Part shown: positions 9,230 to 18,141 of the stretch, one piece after another
Layout of the letters: each line of letters opens with the position of its first letter
Numbering within the stretch: position 1 is the stretch's first letter
Source of the DNA: an uncultured Gammaproteobacteria bacterium
Lineage (GTDB): Bacteria > Patescibacteriota > Microgenomatia > Daviesbacterales > UBA10151
Assembly (NCBI GenBank): GCA_964390595.1
Contig: CAYMIA010000002.1
Location: 27,686-91,685 of the forward strand
Length of the DNA: 64,000 nucleotides
Reading direction: 5' to 3'
The notes under the pieces: generated by a model
What the model saw: the letters and a program-made list of their open reading frames with translations, nothing else
What the model was told of the DNA's origin: nothing
The model's database searches: none
Program-made: the position numbers and the translations under genes

Positions 9230-9520
9230 TTAAGAAACTGACTCTTTTGTAGAAGTTGCCTCTAATAATTCATCAACCACCTTTTCTTTAGCTCTCTCAA
9301 TTCCCCTTTGTGTCAGCAAGCCTCCACGCCTTAACTCATAAAACATCAATCTTTCTCTATTTCTAGGATCATTATTGATCAGATAAGAAACCCAGCGGCG
9401 TAGTTTATTATTTTCTTGTCGCAGTCTTTGTTTTTCATGTTGGGCATCCATCAATGCCTCTTGGGCAGACAAAAAAGCCGCTTGAAAATCTATTTGACCT
9501 TCTTTATCAGGTGAACTCAT
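9230..9520 (-). CDS. Hypothetical coiled-coil protein
   Basis: 96-aa ORF. Confidence 0.6.
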   Translation of the reverse strand: MSSPDKEGQIDFQAAFLSAQEALMDAQHEKQRLRQENNKLRRWVSYLINNDPRNRERLMFYELRRGGLLTQRGIERAKEKVVDELLEATSTKESVS

Positions 9521-9545
9521 AGGTGAATTATATTATATTGAGGGC

Positions 9546-10433
9546 TTAAGTTACAGCATAGCTTGGTCGATAATTTTTTCTAGCACCCCTAGCTCTTCTT
9601 CTCTCAGAAGTTAACATCTGTTCGATTTTATTCTTAATATCTGGCCGGTCATTTGCCAACGTATCTTTGCTATCCGAGCTCCTAGGAGTTAATGCCACTT
9701 GATATCCAAAATCTATCAGGTCGACCATACTGTAATACATCGCTTCATGGCTACGAACTTGAGATCTTGCACCCAATACAAAACCCGGAATATTTGGAGT
9801 AATGACAGTTAAAGTGGATTTATCGAAAGTAGGTTTATAATCGCGGCGTGCCCACCTAAAATACTTTGCTTTGTTATCTATTTTATCAAAAAATTCTGGT
9901 CTGTAGGTATATTCTCCTGACTCAACAACTGTTCGCTGCCCAGTCTTTCTATCTATTTGGACCACTATGGCATCAGGCGCATAGATCCCTCGGGGAATAT
10001 CTAGGATCCTAATTGGAGTTATGAGCTGTTCTGGTAAATGCCCTACCTGATCGCTTGAAGTAGCCTCAGCAACCTTCAATCCCAAAAGTTCAATTCCTAG
10101 TTCATTAACCCGATCGGGAGACAATACAACTAAATTTGGGTGTCTATGAGCAACTAAGGTTTGATAGCTGTAGCGGGACAGTCCATGATTTAGCGCCCCC
10201 AAATAATCAGCAGTGTTGGCCCTTTCTCTCTCAGCTTTAGGCAGATCTTGCCGACCATAACGGGTATCTGAATAAGTTTGAGCAAACTCTGGAGTTTCTA
10301 AATAAAAGGCTAGTAATTTTCTGGGATGTTTACATCTTTCTGGATCTAAGGCTAAATTTTTTTGGTCAGCGATTTCAGCCTCAGTTAGAGGCACTAGAAT
10401 ATCTTGAATCTCTTTTTCTAGATTTCGTAACAT
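9546..10433 (-). CDS. Hypothetical protein
   Basis: 295-aa ORF; a possible PD-(D/E)xK-like stretch (PDAIVV...E) is weak. Confidence 0.7.
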   Translation of the reverse strand: MLRNLEKEIQDILVPLTEAEIADQKNLALDPERCKHPRKLLAFYLETPEFAQTYSDTRYGRQDLPKAERERANTADYLGALNHGLSRYSYQTLVAHRHPNLVVLSPDRVNELGIELLGLKVAEATSSDQVGHLPEQLITPIRILDIPRGIYAPDAIVVQIDRKTGQRTVVESGEYTYRPEFFDKIDNKAKYFRWARRDYKPTFDKSTLTVITPNIPGFVLGARSQVRSHEAMYYSMVDLIDFGYQVALTPRSSDSKDTLANDRPDIKNKIEQMLTSERRRARGARKNYRPSYAVT

Positions 10434-10589
10434 TGGGTCAATAAATTAATTTCATAATCCTCATTTTAGTAACTATAAGCTAAACTTATTATATTTCTCA
10501 GGTTCTTTTAAGTCAATTGCTAACCTGGGTTAACTTTACGGGAAACTTGAGTAAAAAGGCAATCTATTGATTTTACACTCCTAACTTGC

Positions 10590-10660
10590 TAAAATATCTA
10601 CTCATCAAGCATCTAAAGCTTAGGTTTTCCTGAAGATTCAGGCTTTAGAGAAGTTGAAGG
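10590..10660 (+). promoter_or_regulatory. rpsB promoter and structured 5' leader
   Basis: TGcTAAAAT extended -10 at about 10587-10595; stem tctaaagc (10612-19)/gctttaga (10642-49). Confidence 0.5.
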
Positions 10661-10670
10661 AAAACAAGTT

Positions 10671-11540
10671 ATGGCAATCTCAATACCCAATATGCAAGAT
10701 TTGCTCGAAGCTGGTGTTCATTTTGGACACCAAGTCCGCCGTGGCAACCCCAAAATGAAAAGCTATATTTATGGCGCCCGTGATGGTATTCATATCATTG
10801 ATCTAGCCCAATCTGAAGAAAAGTTAAAACAAGCGGCTGAGTATGCCTATGAACTAGGTAAAAAAGGTAGCATCCTACTGGTAATTGGAACCAAGAAACA
10901 GGCTAAAGATATCGTTGAAGACTTAGCTAAAAGTGCAGAAACTCCCTATTTGACCTCACACTGGGTTGGCGGATTGCTTACTAACTTTGATGAGATTAAA
11001 AAGAACTTAAGAAAGCTAACTGATCTCCAAATTGAACAAGACAAAGGTGAGCTCTCCCGTTATACCAAAAAAGAACAACTACTAATCTCCCGCAAGTTAG
11101 AAAAATTTGGCCTAGAGCTTGGCGGATTATCGGCTATGGATAAAATCCCCGATGCTCTCTTTATAGTAGACATCGTCGCTGATGGCACAGCAGTTAAAGA
11201 AGCGCTCAGAATGAACGTGCCTATGATCGGTTTTTCAGATACCAACGCCAATCCACTGCTGCTAGATTTCCCAATTCCATCCAACGACGATGGTATCAAA
11301 GCAATCAAGATCATCTGTGAAACTGTTCTAAAAGCCTATCAAAAGGGCAAAGAGGATGGGGGAGTTATGACAGTTCAACCTAAAAAAGAACCAGCTGCCA
11401 AAGATGCAAAAAAGACGGATGAAATCGAGGTAATCCCTCAAGTTGATGCCGCAATAGCCGAAGAAGCTGAAGTCCTCGAACAAGAAATTGAAGCCGCCAC
11501 CCTCGAGGCTGCTGAAGGCAAAGAAGGAAAGATCGAATAA
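10671..11540 (+). CDS. rpsB: 30S ribosomal protein S2
   Basis: LLEAGVHFGH, GTKKQA, WVGGLLTNF, PSNDD. Confidence 0.98.
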   Translation: MAISIPNMQDLLEAGVHFGHQVRRGNPKMKSYIYGARDGIHIIDLAQSEEKLKQAAEYAYELGKKGSILLVIGTKKQAKDIVEDLAKSAETPYLTSHWVGGLLTNFDEIKKNLRKLTDLQIEQDKGELSRYTKKEQLLISRKLEKFGLELGGLSAMDKIPDALFIVDIVADGTAVKEALRMNVPMIGFSDTNANPLLLDFPIPSNDDGIKAIKIICETVLKAYQKGKEDGGVMTVQPKKEPAAKDAKKTDEIEVIPQVDAAIAEEAEVLEQEIEAATLEAAEGKEGKIE

Positions 11541-11998
11541 TGGCCGTCAACGTTGATGATATTAAAAAGTTAAGAGAAGAAACTGGCGCTGGGATCGCCG
11601 ATTGCCGCGAGGCCCTCTCGGAAAGTGGTGGCGATTTTGAAAAAGCCAAAACTTTTTTAAGAAAAAAAGGCCTGGCTAAAGCGGGTTCCAAGTCTGGCCG
11701 GGAGGTCAAAGCTGGCGTTATTGAGACCTATTCTCATGGGGGAAGAGTTGGAGTTTTAGTTGAAGTCCTTTGTGAAACTGATTTTGTGGCTAAAACTGCC
11801 GATTTTAAAAATTTAGCCCACGAAATAGCCTTACAAATCGCCTCAATGAGGCCTGATTCAGTCGCTGATTTGCTTGAGCAAGAATACATCCGCGATAACT
11901 CTCAAAAAATTGATGATCTTGTCAAAAGTGTCATCGCCAAACTCGGTGAAAATATTCAAATTGGCCGGTTTGAGCGCATCGGACTAGGCGAACAGTAA
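11540..11998 (+). CDS. tsf: Elongation factor Ts (short form)
   Basis: IKKLREETGAGIADC, CETDFVAK. Confidence 0.97.
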   Translation: MAVNVDDIKKLREETGAGIADCREALSESGGDFEKAKTFLRKKGLAKAGSKSGREVKAGVIETYSHGGRVGVLVEVLCETDFVAKTADFKNLAHEIALQIASMRPDSVADLLEQEYIRDNSQKIDDLVKSVIAKLGENIQIGRFERIGLGEQ

Positions 11999-12552
11999 TG
12001 GATCACAACTTAAACGAAGCGTCAGAAAAAATTCAAGGAGCTCTTGAACATTTAAAAATAGAGCTTGCTGCCATCAGGGCAGGCCGCGCTAATCCAGCCC
12101 TAATCGAAAATTTAATTATCCCAGTCTATGGCTCTCAAATGAAACTAGTCGAACTCGGCACAATCGCTGCTCCTCAACCCACACTGCTGACAGTTCAAAT
12201 CTGGGATGCCTCCATCGTCCATGATGTTCAAAAAGCGATCATGGAAGCTAATTTAGGCTTAAATCCGTCAACTGAAGGTCAAACAATCCGCTTGCCAATT
12301 CCACCGCTAACTGAAGAACGCCGGACTGAATTTGTCAAAGTCGCCAAAGCCAAAGGGGAAGAGGCCAAAGTTGCGGTCCGCCAAATCCGGGCTGATAATC
12401 GGGAAAATTGGTTAAAGCAAAAAGAGTCAGGTGAGATCGGCGAAGATGAATTTTTCCGCAGAGAAAAACTTCTTCAAGATCTAATTGATCACTCAGCTGC
12501 CGCCGCTGACGATCTCGTCAAGCAAAAAGAAGACGAGCTCATGCAACTCTAA
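11998..12552 (+). CDS. frr: Ribosome recycling factor
   Basis: IRAGRANP, NLGLNP, IPPLTEERR. Confidence 0.97.
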   Translation: MDHNLNEASEKIQGALEHLKIELAAIRAGRANPALIENLIIPVYGSQMKLVELGTIAAPQPTLLTVQIWDASIVHDVQKAIMEANLGLNPSTEGQTIRLPIPPLTEERRTEFVKVAKAKGEEAKVAVRQIRADNRENWLKQKESGEIGEDEFFRREKLLQDLIDHSAAAADDLVKQKEDELMQL

Positions 12553-12556
12553 TTTT

Positions 12557-12618
12557 GATTATTGATTACAGATTAGTGATTATGGAATTCAATAATCGAT
12601 ATTCGACAATCGATGATC
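12557..12618. repeat. Inverted pair of heptamer arrays with no gene between them
   Basis: gattatt|gattaca|gattagt|gattatg - gaattc - aataatc|gatattc|gacaatc|gatgatc. Confidence 0.85.
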
Positions 12619-12640
12619 AAGATTTGGTATACTATTACCC

Positions 12641-13771
12641 ATGTTACTTACTGTGATAATTTTCATTCTCACCATCCTGGTTTTAGTTGTTATCCATGAA
12701 TTGGGTCATTTTTTTGCCGCCAAAAAGTTTGGGATTAAAGTCTTAGAGTTTGGATTCGGAATTCCACCGCGGATTTTTGGTAAAAAATGGGGAGAGACCT
12801 TAGTCTCAATTAACTGGTTACCTTTTGGGGGCTTTGTCCGGCTTCTGGGGGAAGATGAATCTGATCCCAAAGTTCTAGATAACAAGCGCTCATTTGCTGC
12901 TGCCCCGGTCTGGAAGAGAATCGTGGTGGTTGTAGCCGGAGTGGTCATGAATCTGGCGCTGGCTTGGTTGCTTTTTTATATCGTCTTAGGAGTTCAAGGC
13001 TTTAAAACTCAAGTCCCACTCCTTTCTGATCACCGCTTTGCTGGGGTTAACCAAACCAATGAAGATATCTTACTTATTACTGGAGTAGCTAAAGACTCTC
13101 CAGCCAAATCTGCAGGTATCATTCAAGGAGACCGGGTGATCGCTATTAATGATCAGCCTATCACTAACTCAGACCAGTTGATTCAAAAAATTAAAGAGAA
13201 TGCGGGTCACCCTACCCAGCTAACTCTCTCTGATCAACAAAAAACCAAATTAAAAGTTGTTCAGATTACTCCTAGAGAAAATCCACCACCCGGTCAAGGC
13301 GCCTTGGGCATCAGTTTTGGAACATTCCGGATCGCCAATCTAAACTATCTGTCCACAGCTCAGAAAGTTTTTGCTGGACCGATCCATTCCTATAATCTCA
13401 TCTCCTATTCCCTGGAGATCTTGGGTAAAACCATTGGTAACTCAGTCGCCACTCACAATCTCGCCCCTGTTGCCCAAACAGTTTCTGGGCCAATTGGGAT
13501 CACCTCACTAGTAGGTAGTATCTTGGCTATTAAAAACCCACTGATTCCATATATTGAGTTCTTGGCGATGCTCTCCCTAAATTTAGCAGTCATCAACGTT
13601 TTGCCTTTCCCAGGCTTAGATGGAGGCAGATTACTATTTCTGGTAATTGAAGCGGTCACCCGTAAAAAAGTTCACCCAACTATTGAAAAATATGTCCATA
13701 CCGTTGGACTCGTAGTTTTAATTGGGCTGATACTTTTAGTTTCTATCTCCGATATTAAAAAGCTTTTCTAA
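12641..13771 (+). CDS. rseP: RIP metalloprotease RseP (M50 + PDZ)
   Basis: HELGH, PFGGFV, PDZ region, NVLPFPGLDGG. Confidence 0.95.
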   Translation: MLLTVIIFILTILVLVVIHELGHFFAAKKFGIKVLEFGFGIPPRIFGKKWGETLVSINWLPFGGFVRLLGEDESDPKVLDNKRSFAAAPVWKRIVVVVAGVVMNLALAWLLFYIVLGVQGFKTQVPLLSDHRFAGVNQTNEDILLITGVAKDSPAKSAGIIQGDRVIAINDQPITNSDQLIQKIKENAGHPTQLTLSDQQKTKLKVVQITPRENPPPGQGALGISFGTFRIANLNYLSTAQKVFAGPIHSYNLISYSLEILGKTIGNSVATHNLAPVAQTVSGPIGITSLVGSILAIKNPLIPYIEFLAMLSLNLAVINVLPFPGLDGGRLLFLVIEAVTRKKVHPTIEKYVHTVGLVVLIGLILLVSISDIKKLF

Positions 13772-15099
13772 AGAAGCAGCTTATTTAATAGATCAAGAAC
13801 AACCTCTTTTTTACGCATATGTTTGAGCTTACCATCTTTGGTGACATAAACTACCTCTGGGCGTAGAACTGTAAACTGATTAGAACGGGAAATCGTATAA
13901 GCCCCTGCATCCAAAACTATGACAGTATCTCCTACCTCCATCTTGGGCATCTTTTGATCGATCGCTAAAATATCTGGCGTGCTAAGGGTATTTCCAGCAA
14001 TTCCGTACTTGTGAGTTGGTTTTTGGTGGTATTTATTGGCCACGATAAATCCACGGCGGATAAAAAAGATACTCTCCGGAATAATATTCGCTCCACCATC
14101 CAAAAAGATCCAACCCTTTTTGGCTGAAATGACCTGGGTAATTAATACCCCAGAGTCAGAAACGATAAATCTGCCTGGCTCCAGAACTAAGGTGATGTCA
14201 GCCAATTTATATTTAGCCAGATTATCTTTAAATCTAGTGGCAATTCTTCTGCCAAATTCTTCAATCGAGGCTGCCTTTGAATATTGAGAGACACCAACTT
14301 TGTTTAAAATAATATTTTGAATTGAAAAATAGTTAATACTTTGTACTCCATATCCTCCCCCTAGATTAATCTCTTCCAACTTAATGCCAAGCTTTTTCTT
14401 TAAATCTGAGGCCAACTTAATAAATTTATCTACAGTTTTTTCATAATAAGACGGATCAGTAATCATTGAACCAATATGGGTATGAATCCCCACCGGTTCA
14501 ACATTTTTTAGCTCTTGAGCGATCCGGAACGCCTCCACCGCATCAGAAATAGGCACCCCAAACTTAGAGATATAGTTTTCGATAAAGGTTTTTAACATTG
14601 AGATGTGAATCTCAGGATAGATCCGGAAGCCAATTTTAACTTTTTGTTTATTTTTGCCAGCGATCTTATCAACTAAATACAGCATGTCTAGTGAATCGAC
14701 ATTTAATATATGCACCCCTTCTTTGATGCAAAGATCAATATCCTCAGATGTCCACCCCGGTCCATCTAGCACCAAATCAGGCCCAGAAAATCCAGCTTTT
14801 TTGGCAAAGGCTAACTCCATACCCGAAGCCAATTCAGCCTTGCTACCCTGAGAGCGCAAAGTGCTTAGGATTTGCGGCTCATAGTTAGTTTTCATTGAAT
14901 AATAAACTTCGGTTTTGGGATAATATTTGCGGAAGGCTGAAGACAGAGCTTTATAATTTTCAATAATTCTAGCCTCAGAAAAAACAAAGACTGGGGAGTC
15001 GTATCTTTTGACTAAATCCTCAACTGGAATCCCAGAAAATAAAACCCCATTTTTTGCAGAAACCGATAACCCCGAACTCTTACCTTTAGTTAGTGCCAT
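13768..15099 (-). CDS. PLP-dependent decarboxylase, diaminopimelate decarboxylase (LysA)-like
   Basis: YSMKTN PLP lysine, SKFG, HTHIGS, INLGGG, EPGRFIV, GAY; the usual GPxC motif is replaced by GNTL. Confidence 0.85.
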   Translation of the reverse strand: MALTKGKSSGLSVSAKNGVLFSGIPVEDLVKRYDSPVFVFSEARIIENYKALSSAFRKYYPKTEVYYSMKTNYEPQILSTLRSQGSKAELASGMELAFAKKAGFSGPDLVLDGPGWTSEDIDLCIKEGVHILNVDSLDMLYLVDKIAGKNKQKVKIGFRIYPEIHISMLKTFIENYISKFGVPISDAVEAFRIAQELKNVEPVGIHTHIGSMITDPSYYEKTVDKFIKLASDLKKKLGIKLEEINLGGGYGVQSINYFSIQNIILNKVGVSQYSKAASIEEFGRRIATRFKDNLAKYKLADITLVLEPGRFIVSDSGVLITQVISAKKGWIFLDGGANIIPESIFFIRRGFIVANKYHQKPTHKYGIAGNTLSTPDILAIDQKMPKMEVGDTVIVLDAGAYTISRSNQFTVLRPEVVYVTKDGKLKHMRKKEVVLDLLNKLLL

Positions 15100-15162
15100 A
15101 CTACATCAAGCAAAGTACCAATAAGCATAAACCTTGTCAATAGTGTAAAATATCCGTTTGTT

Positions 15163-15912
15163 ATGGAATTTGAAAACAAGCCGGCCGATCCAAAATTGGT
15201 CAATTTGATGCTAAGAGGGATAACTAGATGGCCCCAATCCAACTTGGGTGGGCTACTAGTCCATGCTGAAGTCTTAAACAACCCACCAGAGTCTTGGGAG
15301 CAGCTAGGAATGTCAGTTCTCAGCTCAGAGCAAGTTGATAAAATTGGTCGAAGATTAACTCTACTGCATCACTCTTTTGGAATACCAGTCGGTTATGGTC
15401 AGTACCGGAGAAATGGTGAAAAGCAGTTAAAAGAAGCGGAGATTCAAAGATTATGGTGGAGCATCAAATCTGGAATTATCACTACCAGCTTAAGCTACTA
15501 TTACGAAACCAATAAACTGCCTTTGGTATTTGTGGCGCTAGCTAGACAAAGGGGATTATATGATCCCGATAGCCTGGAAGATCTACGTGAGTTTATGGAA
15601 GGGGAAAGAACTACTAGACAATTTCAGGACTTTAAAGCTGCCATTCAAATAGCCAGAGATTTTTTGGTCAGTCACAAAGGAGGGGAGATTTCAAGGTATT
15701 TTAAACATTATTACCGGATAAAGTATTCAGGAGTCACATCCAGACCTGAATTCGACATAACTGGAGATAAATATCATCTGCCAGATTATAACGATCCAGA
15801 CTTCCCCATTGATTGTTTATACCGGGTTGGTGCCCATATACTCAGTGATACTCAGGCAGCTCTAGGCAAAAGAATTGTCAACAATTGGTTATTAAGTGGA
15901 TATAGTGTATAA
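15163..15912 (+). CDS. Hypothetical protein
   Basis: 249-aa ORF. Confidence 0.7.
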   Translation: MEFENKPADPKLVNLMLRGITRWPQSNLGGLLVHAEVLNNPPESWEQLGMSVLSSEQVDKIGRRLTLLHHSFGIPVGYGQYRRNGEKQLKEAEIQRLWWSIKSGIITTSLSYYYETNKLPLVFVALARQRGLYDPDSLEDLREFMEGERTTRQFQDFKAAIQIARDFLVSHKGGEISRYFKHYYRIKYSGVTSRPEFDITGDKYHLPDYNDPDFPIDCLYRVGAHILSDTQAALGKRIVNNWLLSGYSV

Positions 15913-15913
15913 T
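15885..15913 (+). promoter_or_regulatory. Sigma70-type promoter for the T-box/proS transcript
   Basis: TTGGTT (15885-90), 17-nt spacer, TATAAT (15908-13). Confidence 0.6.
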
Positions 15914-15920
15914 AATCTCA

Positions 15921-16070
15921 AAGCATTGATAGAGTTTCCCGCTCTGGAGCTGGGTGCGATAAGCATACCCGTTGATAACGTTATAATTTTCAATTAAGAA
16001 GTAACCAAGGTGGTACCACGAATGCACTTCGTCCTTGCAAATTATTGCAATGAAAGGAGTGCTTTTATTT
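15921..16070 (+). ncRNA. T-box riboswitch (Pro-specific, ultra-short stem I)
   Basis: T-box AAGGTGGTACCACG (16007-20) with partner CGTCCTT (16030-36); terminator/sequestrator GCACTTC...GGAGTGC followed by TTTTATTT; kink-turn stem I with loop TTTCCCG; located upstream of proS. Confidence 0.88.
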
Positions 16071-16348
16071 TGGAATTATTAATCAATAAACCTACCAAGC
16101 AAGAATCAGATCGCTGTTTGCGTGCAGTCAGACTGGATTCCTGTTCTCAAGTCAGGCACTTGGCAGGAGCTGCAGCTGAGATCAGAGGTTTTTCAGCCAG
16201 TGATCTGGCATACAAACAAGCTGTCATCAAAGCCTTTGATAATCTAATGGATTGTTGTCCAGCTTTTCAGTATTGGAAAGAAAATGAGGAAGATTTTGGT
16301 GATCTAGCTCAACTAGCCTGTTTTAATCGGAGAATCACCATTCAATGA
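16070..16348 (+). CDS. Small hypothetical protein between the T-box and proS
   Basis: TTG 16070 preceded by AAAGGAG (16053-59); stop overlaps the proS start (ATGA). Confidence 0.55.
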   Translation: MELLINKPTKQESDRCLRAVRLDSCSQVRHLAGAAAEIRGFSASDLAYKQAVIKAFDNLMDCCPAFQYWKENEEDFGDLAQLACFNRRITIQ

Positions 16349-17772
16349 CTAAATTAACCACAAGAGCTGAAGATTTTTCTGGCTGGTACAACGATGTAAT
16401 TGAGCAAGCCAAATTAGCTGAACATGGTCCAGTCAAAGGGACCATGATTATCAGGCCTTATGGTTATGCGATCTGGGAATCAATTCAAAAAATTTTGGAT
16501 CATAAAATTAAGGCCGCTGGAGTTCAAAACGCTTACTTTCCTTTATTTATTCCCAACTCATTTCTGCAAAAAGAAAAATCTCACGTTGAAGGATTTTCCC
16601 CAGAACTGGCAGTAGTGACCCACGGTGGAGGAGAAAAGTTGGCAGAGCCAATTATCGTTCGCCCTACATCTGAAACAATCATGTATGATGCCTACTCCCG
16701 CTGGATTCAGTCATTCAGGGATCTGCCTTTAAAAATAAATCAATGGAACAATGTTGTCAGATGGGAAAAGCGCCCCTATCTATTTTTGCGGACGACAGAG
16801 TTTCTTTGGCAGGAAGGCCACACTGCTCATGCGACCAAAGAAGAAGCAGCAGAGATGACTTTGGAAGGTATAAAAATGTACGTTAGCGTTTACCAGGATC
16901 ACTTAGCACTTTATGGGTTTACTGGAAGAAAGTCTGAAACAGAAAAATTTGCTGGGGGGGATATGACCTTGACCTATGAAATTCTCTCGCCAGATGGTAA
17001 AACCATCCAAAGTTGCACCAGTCATAACCTCGGTCAAAACTTTGCCAAAGCCTTTAAAATTCAATATCAAGATGATAAAGGAGAACAGCAGTTCGTTCAC
17101 CAAACTTCCTGGGGATTCACAACTAGATCAATAGGAGCGCTAATTATGGGCCACGGGGATGACAAGGGTTTAATCTTACCTCCTCAAATCGCCCCATTGC
17201 AAGTAATAATTATCCCCATAGTCACCAAGGATGTTGATGCAGAGGAAATTAAAAAATTTGCCGATGAAATATTTGGAATTTTAGAAGGTCATGACATTAG
17301 AGTCCGGATCGATGATTCGAGCCAGTCTCCAGGTTGGAAATTCAATCAGTATGAATTAGAAGGAGTGCCTCTGCGGATTGAAATCGGCCCATCTGAACTC
17401 AGAGAAAAACAGGTTAGTCTAACCCCACGAGATGGAGAAGGTAAGCAATTGGCCAGACTAGATCAAGTCGCCTCTCAGGTTGAAGAGATGCTCTCTTCGC
17501 TGCAAGCCAGACTATTTGAGAGATCTAAACAATTTACCCTAGAAAATACCAGACAAGCTGATACTTATGATCAATTTAAGGAAATTATGAGCACAAGTCG
17601 AGGATTTATTGAGGCATTTTGGTGTGAAGATAAAGAATGTGAAGCTAAAATTAAAGAAGAAACCAAAGCCACAACCAGGTGTTTGCCCCTAGATGCCATT
17701 GAAGTAAAAGGGGAGTGTGTCCGCTGTGGAAAACCAGCTACCCACCGCTGGATCTTTGGCCAATCATACTAA
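16345..17772 (+). CDS. proS: Prolyl-tRNA synthetase (archaeal/eukaryote type)
   Basis: IRPYGYAIWE, VRPTSET, FLRTTEFLWQEGHT, C-terminal Zn site and ...GQSY. Confidence 0.98.
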   Translation: MTKLTTRAEDFSGWYNDVIEQAKLAEHGPVKGTMIIRPYGYAIWESIQKILDHKIKAAGVQNAYFPLFIPNSFLQKEKSHVEGFSPELAVVTHGGGEKLAEPIIVRPTSETIMYDAYSRWIQSFRDLPLKINQWNNVVRWEKRPYLFLRTTEFLWQEGHTAHATKEEAAEMTLEGIKMYVSVYQDHLALYGFTGRKSETEKFAGGDMTLTYEILSPDGKTIQSCTSHNLGQNFAKAFKIQYQDDKGEQQFVHQTSWGFTTRSIGALIMGHGDDKGLILPPQIAPLQVIIIPIVTKDVDAEEIKKFADEIFGILEGHDIRVRIDDSSQSPGWKFNQYELEGVPLRIEIGPSELREKQVSLTPRDGEGKQLARLDQVASQVEEMLSSLQARLFERSKQFTLENTRQADTYDQFKEIMSTSRGFIEAFWCEDKECEAKIKEETKATTRCLPLDAIEVKGECVRCGKPATHRWIFGQSY

Positions 17773-17820
17773 TCTCTTGTTTTTTCTTTAACCTGTGCTA
17801 TTCTTGACTCAATAAAGGAG

Positions 17821-18102
17821 GTGAAAAAAATGACATCAGAAACACGAAGAGAATTTAGGGAGATTATGGATGAAGAAGCAAGATTTGCGGATGCCCGTGG
17901 AGCTTTATATAGGGAATTTGGACCAAGGGTTGGTATGAGCATCGTTTTTTATCGTGGTCTTGACACATACGGACCCCTGAATGAATCAGCAAAAGAGGCC
18001 AGGAGACATGAGCTAGCAGAAGTTCTAGCAACTGACTTATCAGGGATATCAGAAGACAAGAGAGCAGCTAGATTAGAAGCAATTTTAAAAGCTTTAGACT
18101 AA
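17821..18102 (+). CDS. Hypothetical protein
   Basis: AAAGGAGGTG SD-like sequence before ATG 17830. Confidence 0.6.
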   Translation: MKKMTSETRREFREIMDEEARFADARGALYREFGPRVGMSIVFYRGLDTYGPLNESAKEARRHELAEVLATDLSGISEDKRAARLEAILKALD

Positions 18103-18141
18103 ACTTTGCAAAGACTCAGTATATAGTTTTATACTTAAATT

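Noticed and set aside
16010-16069. ORF start at GTG 16010
   Set aside because: It lies inside the T-box/antiterminator; the SD-supported TTG at 16070 is more plausible.
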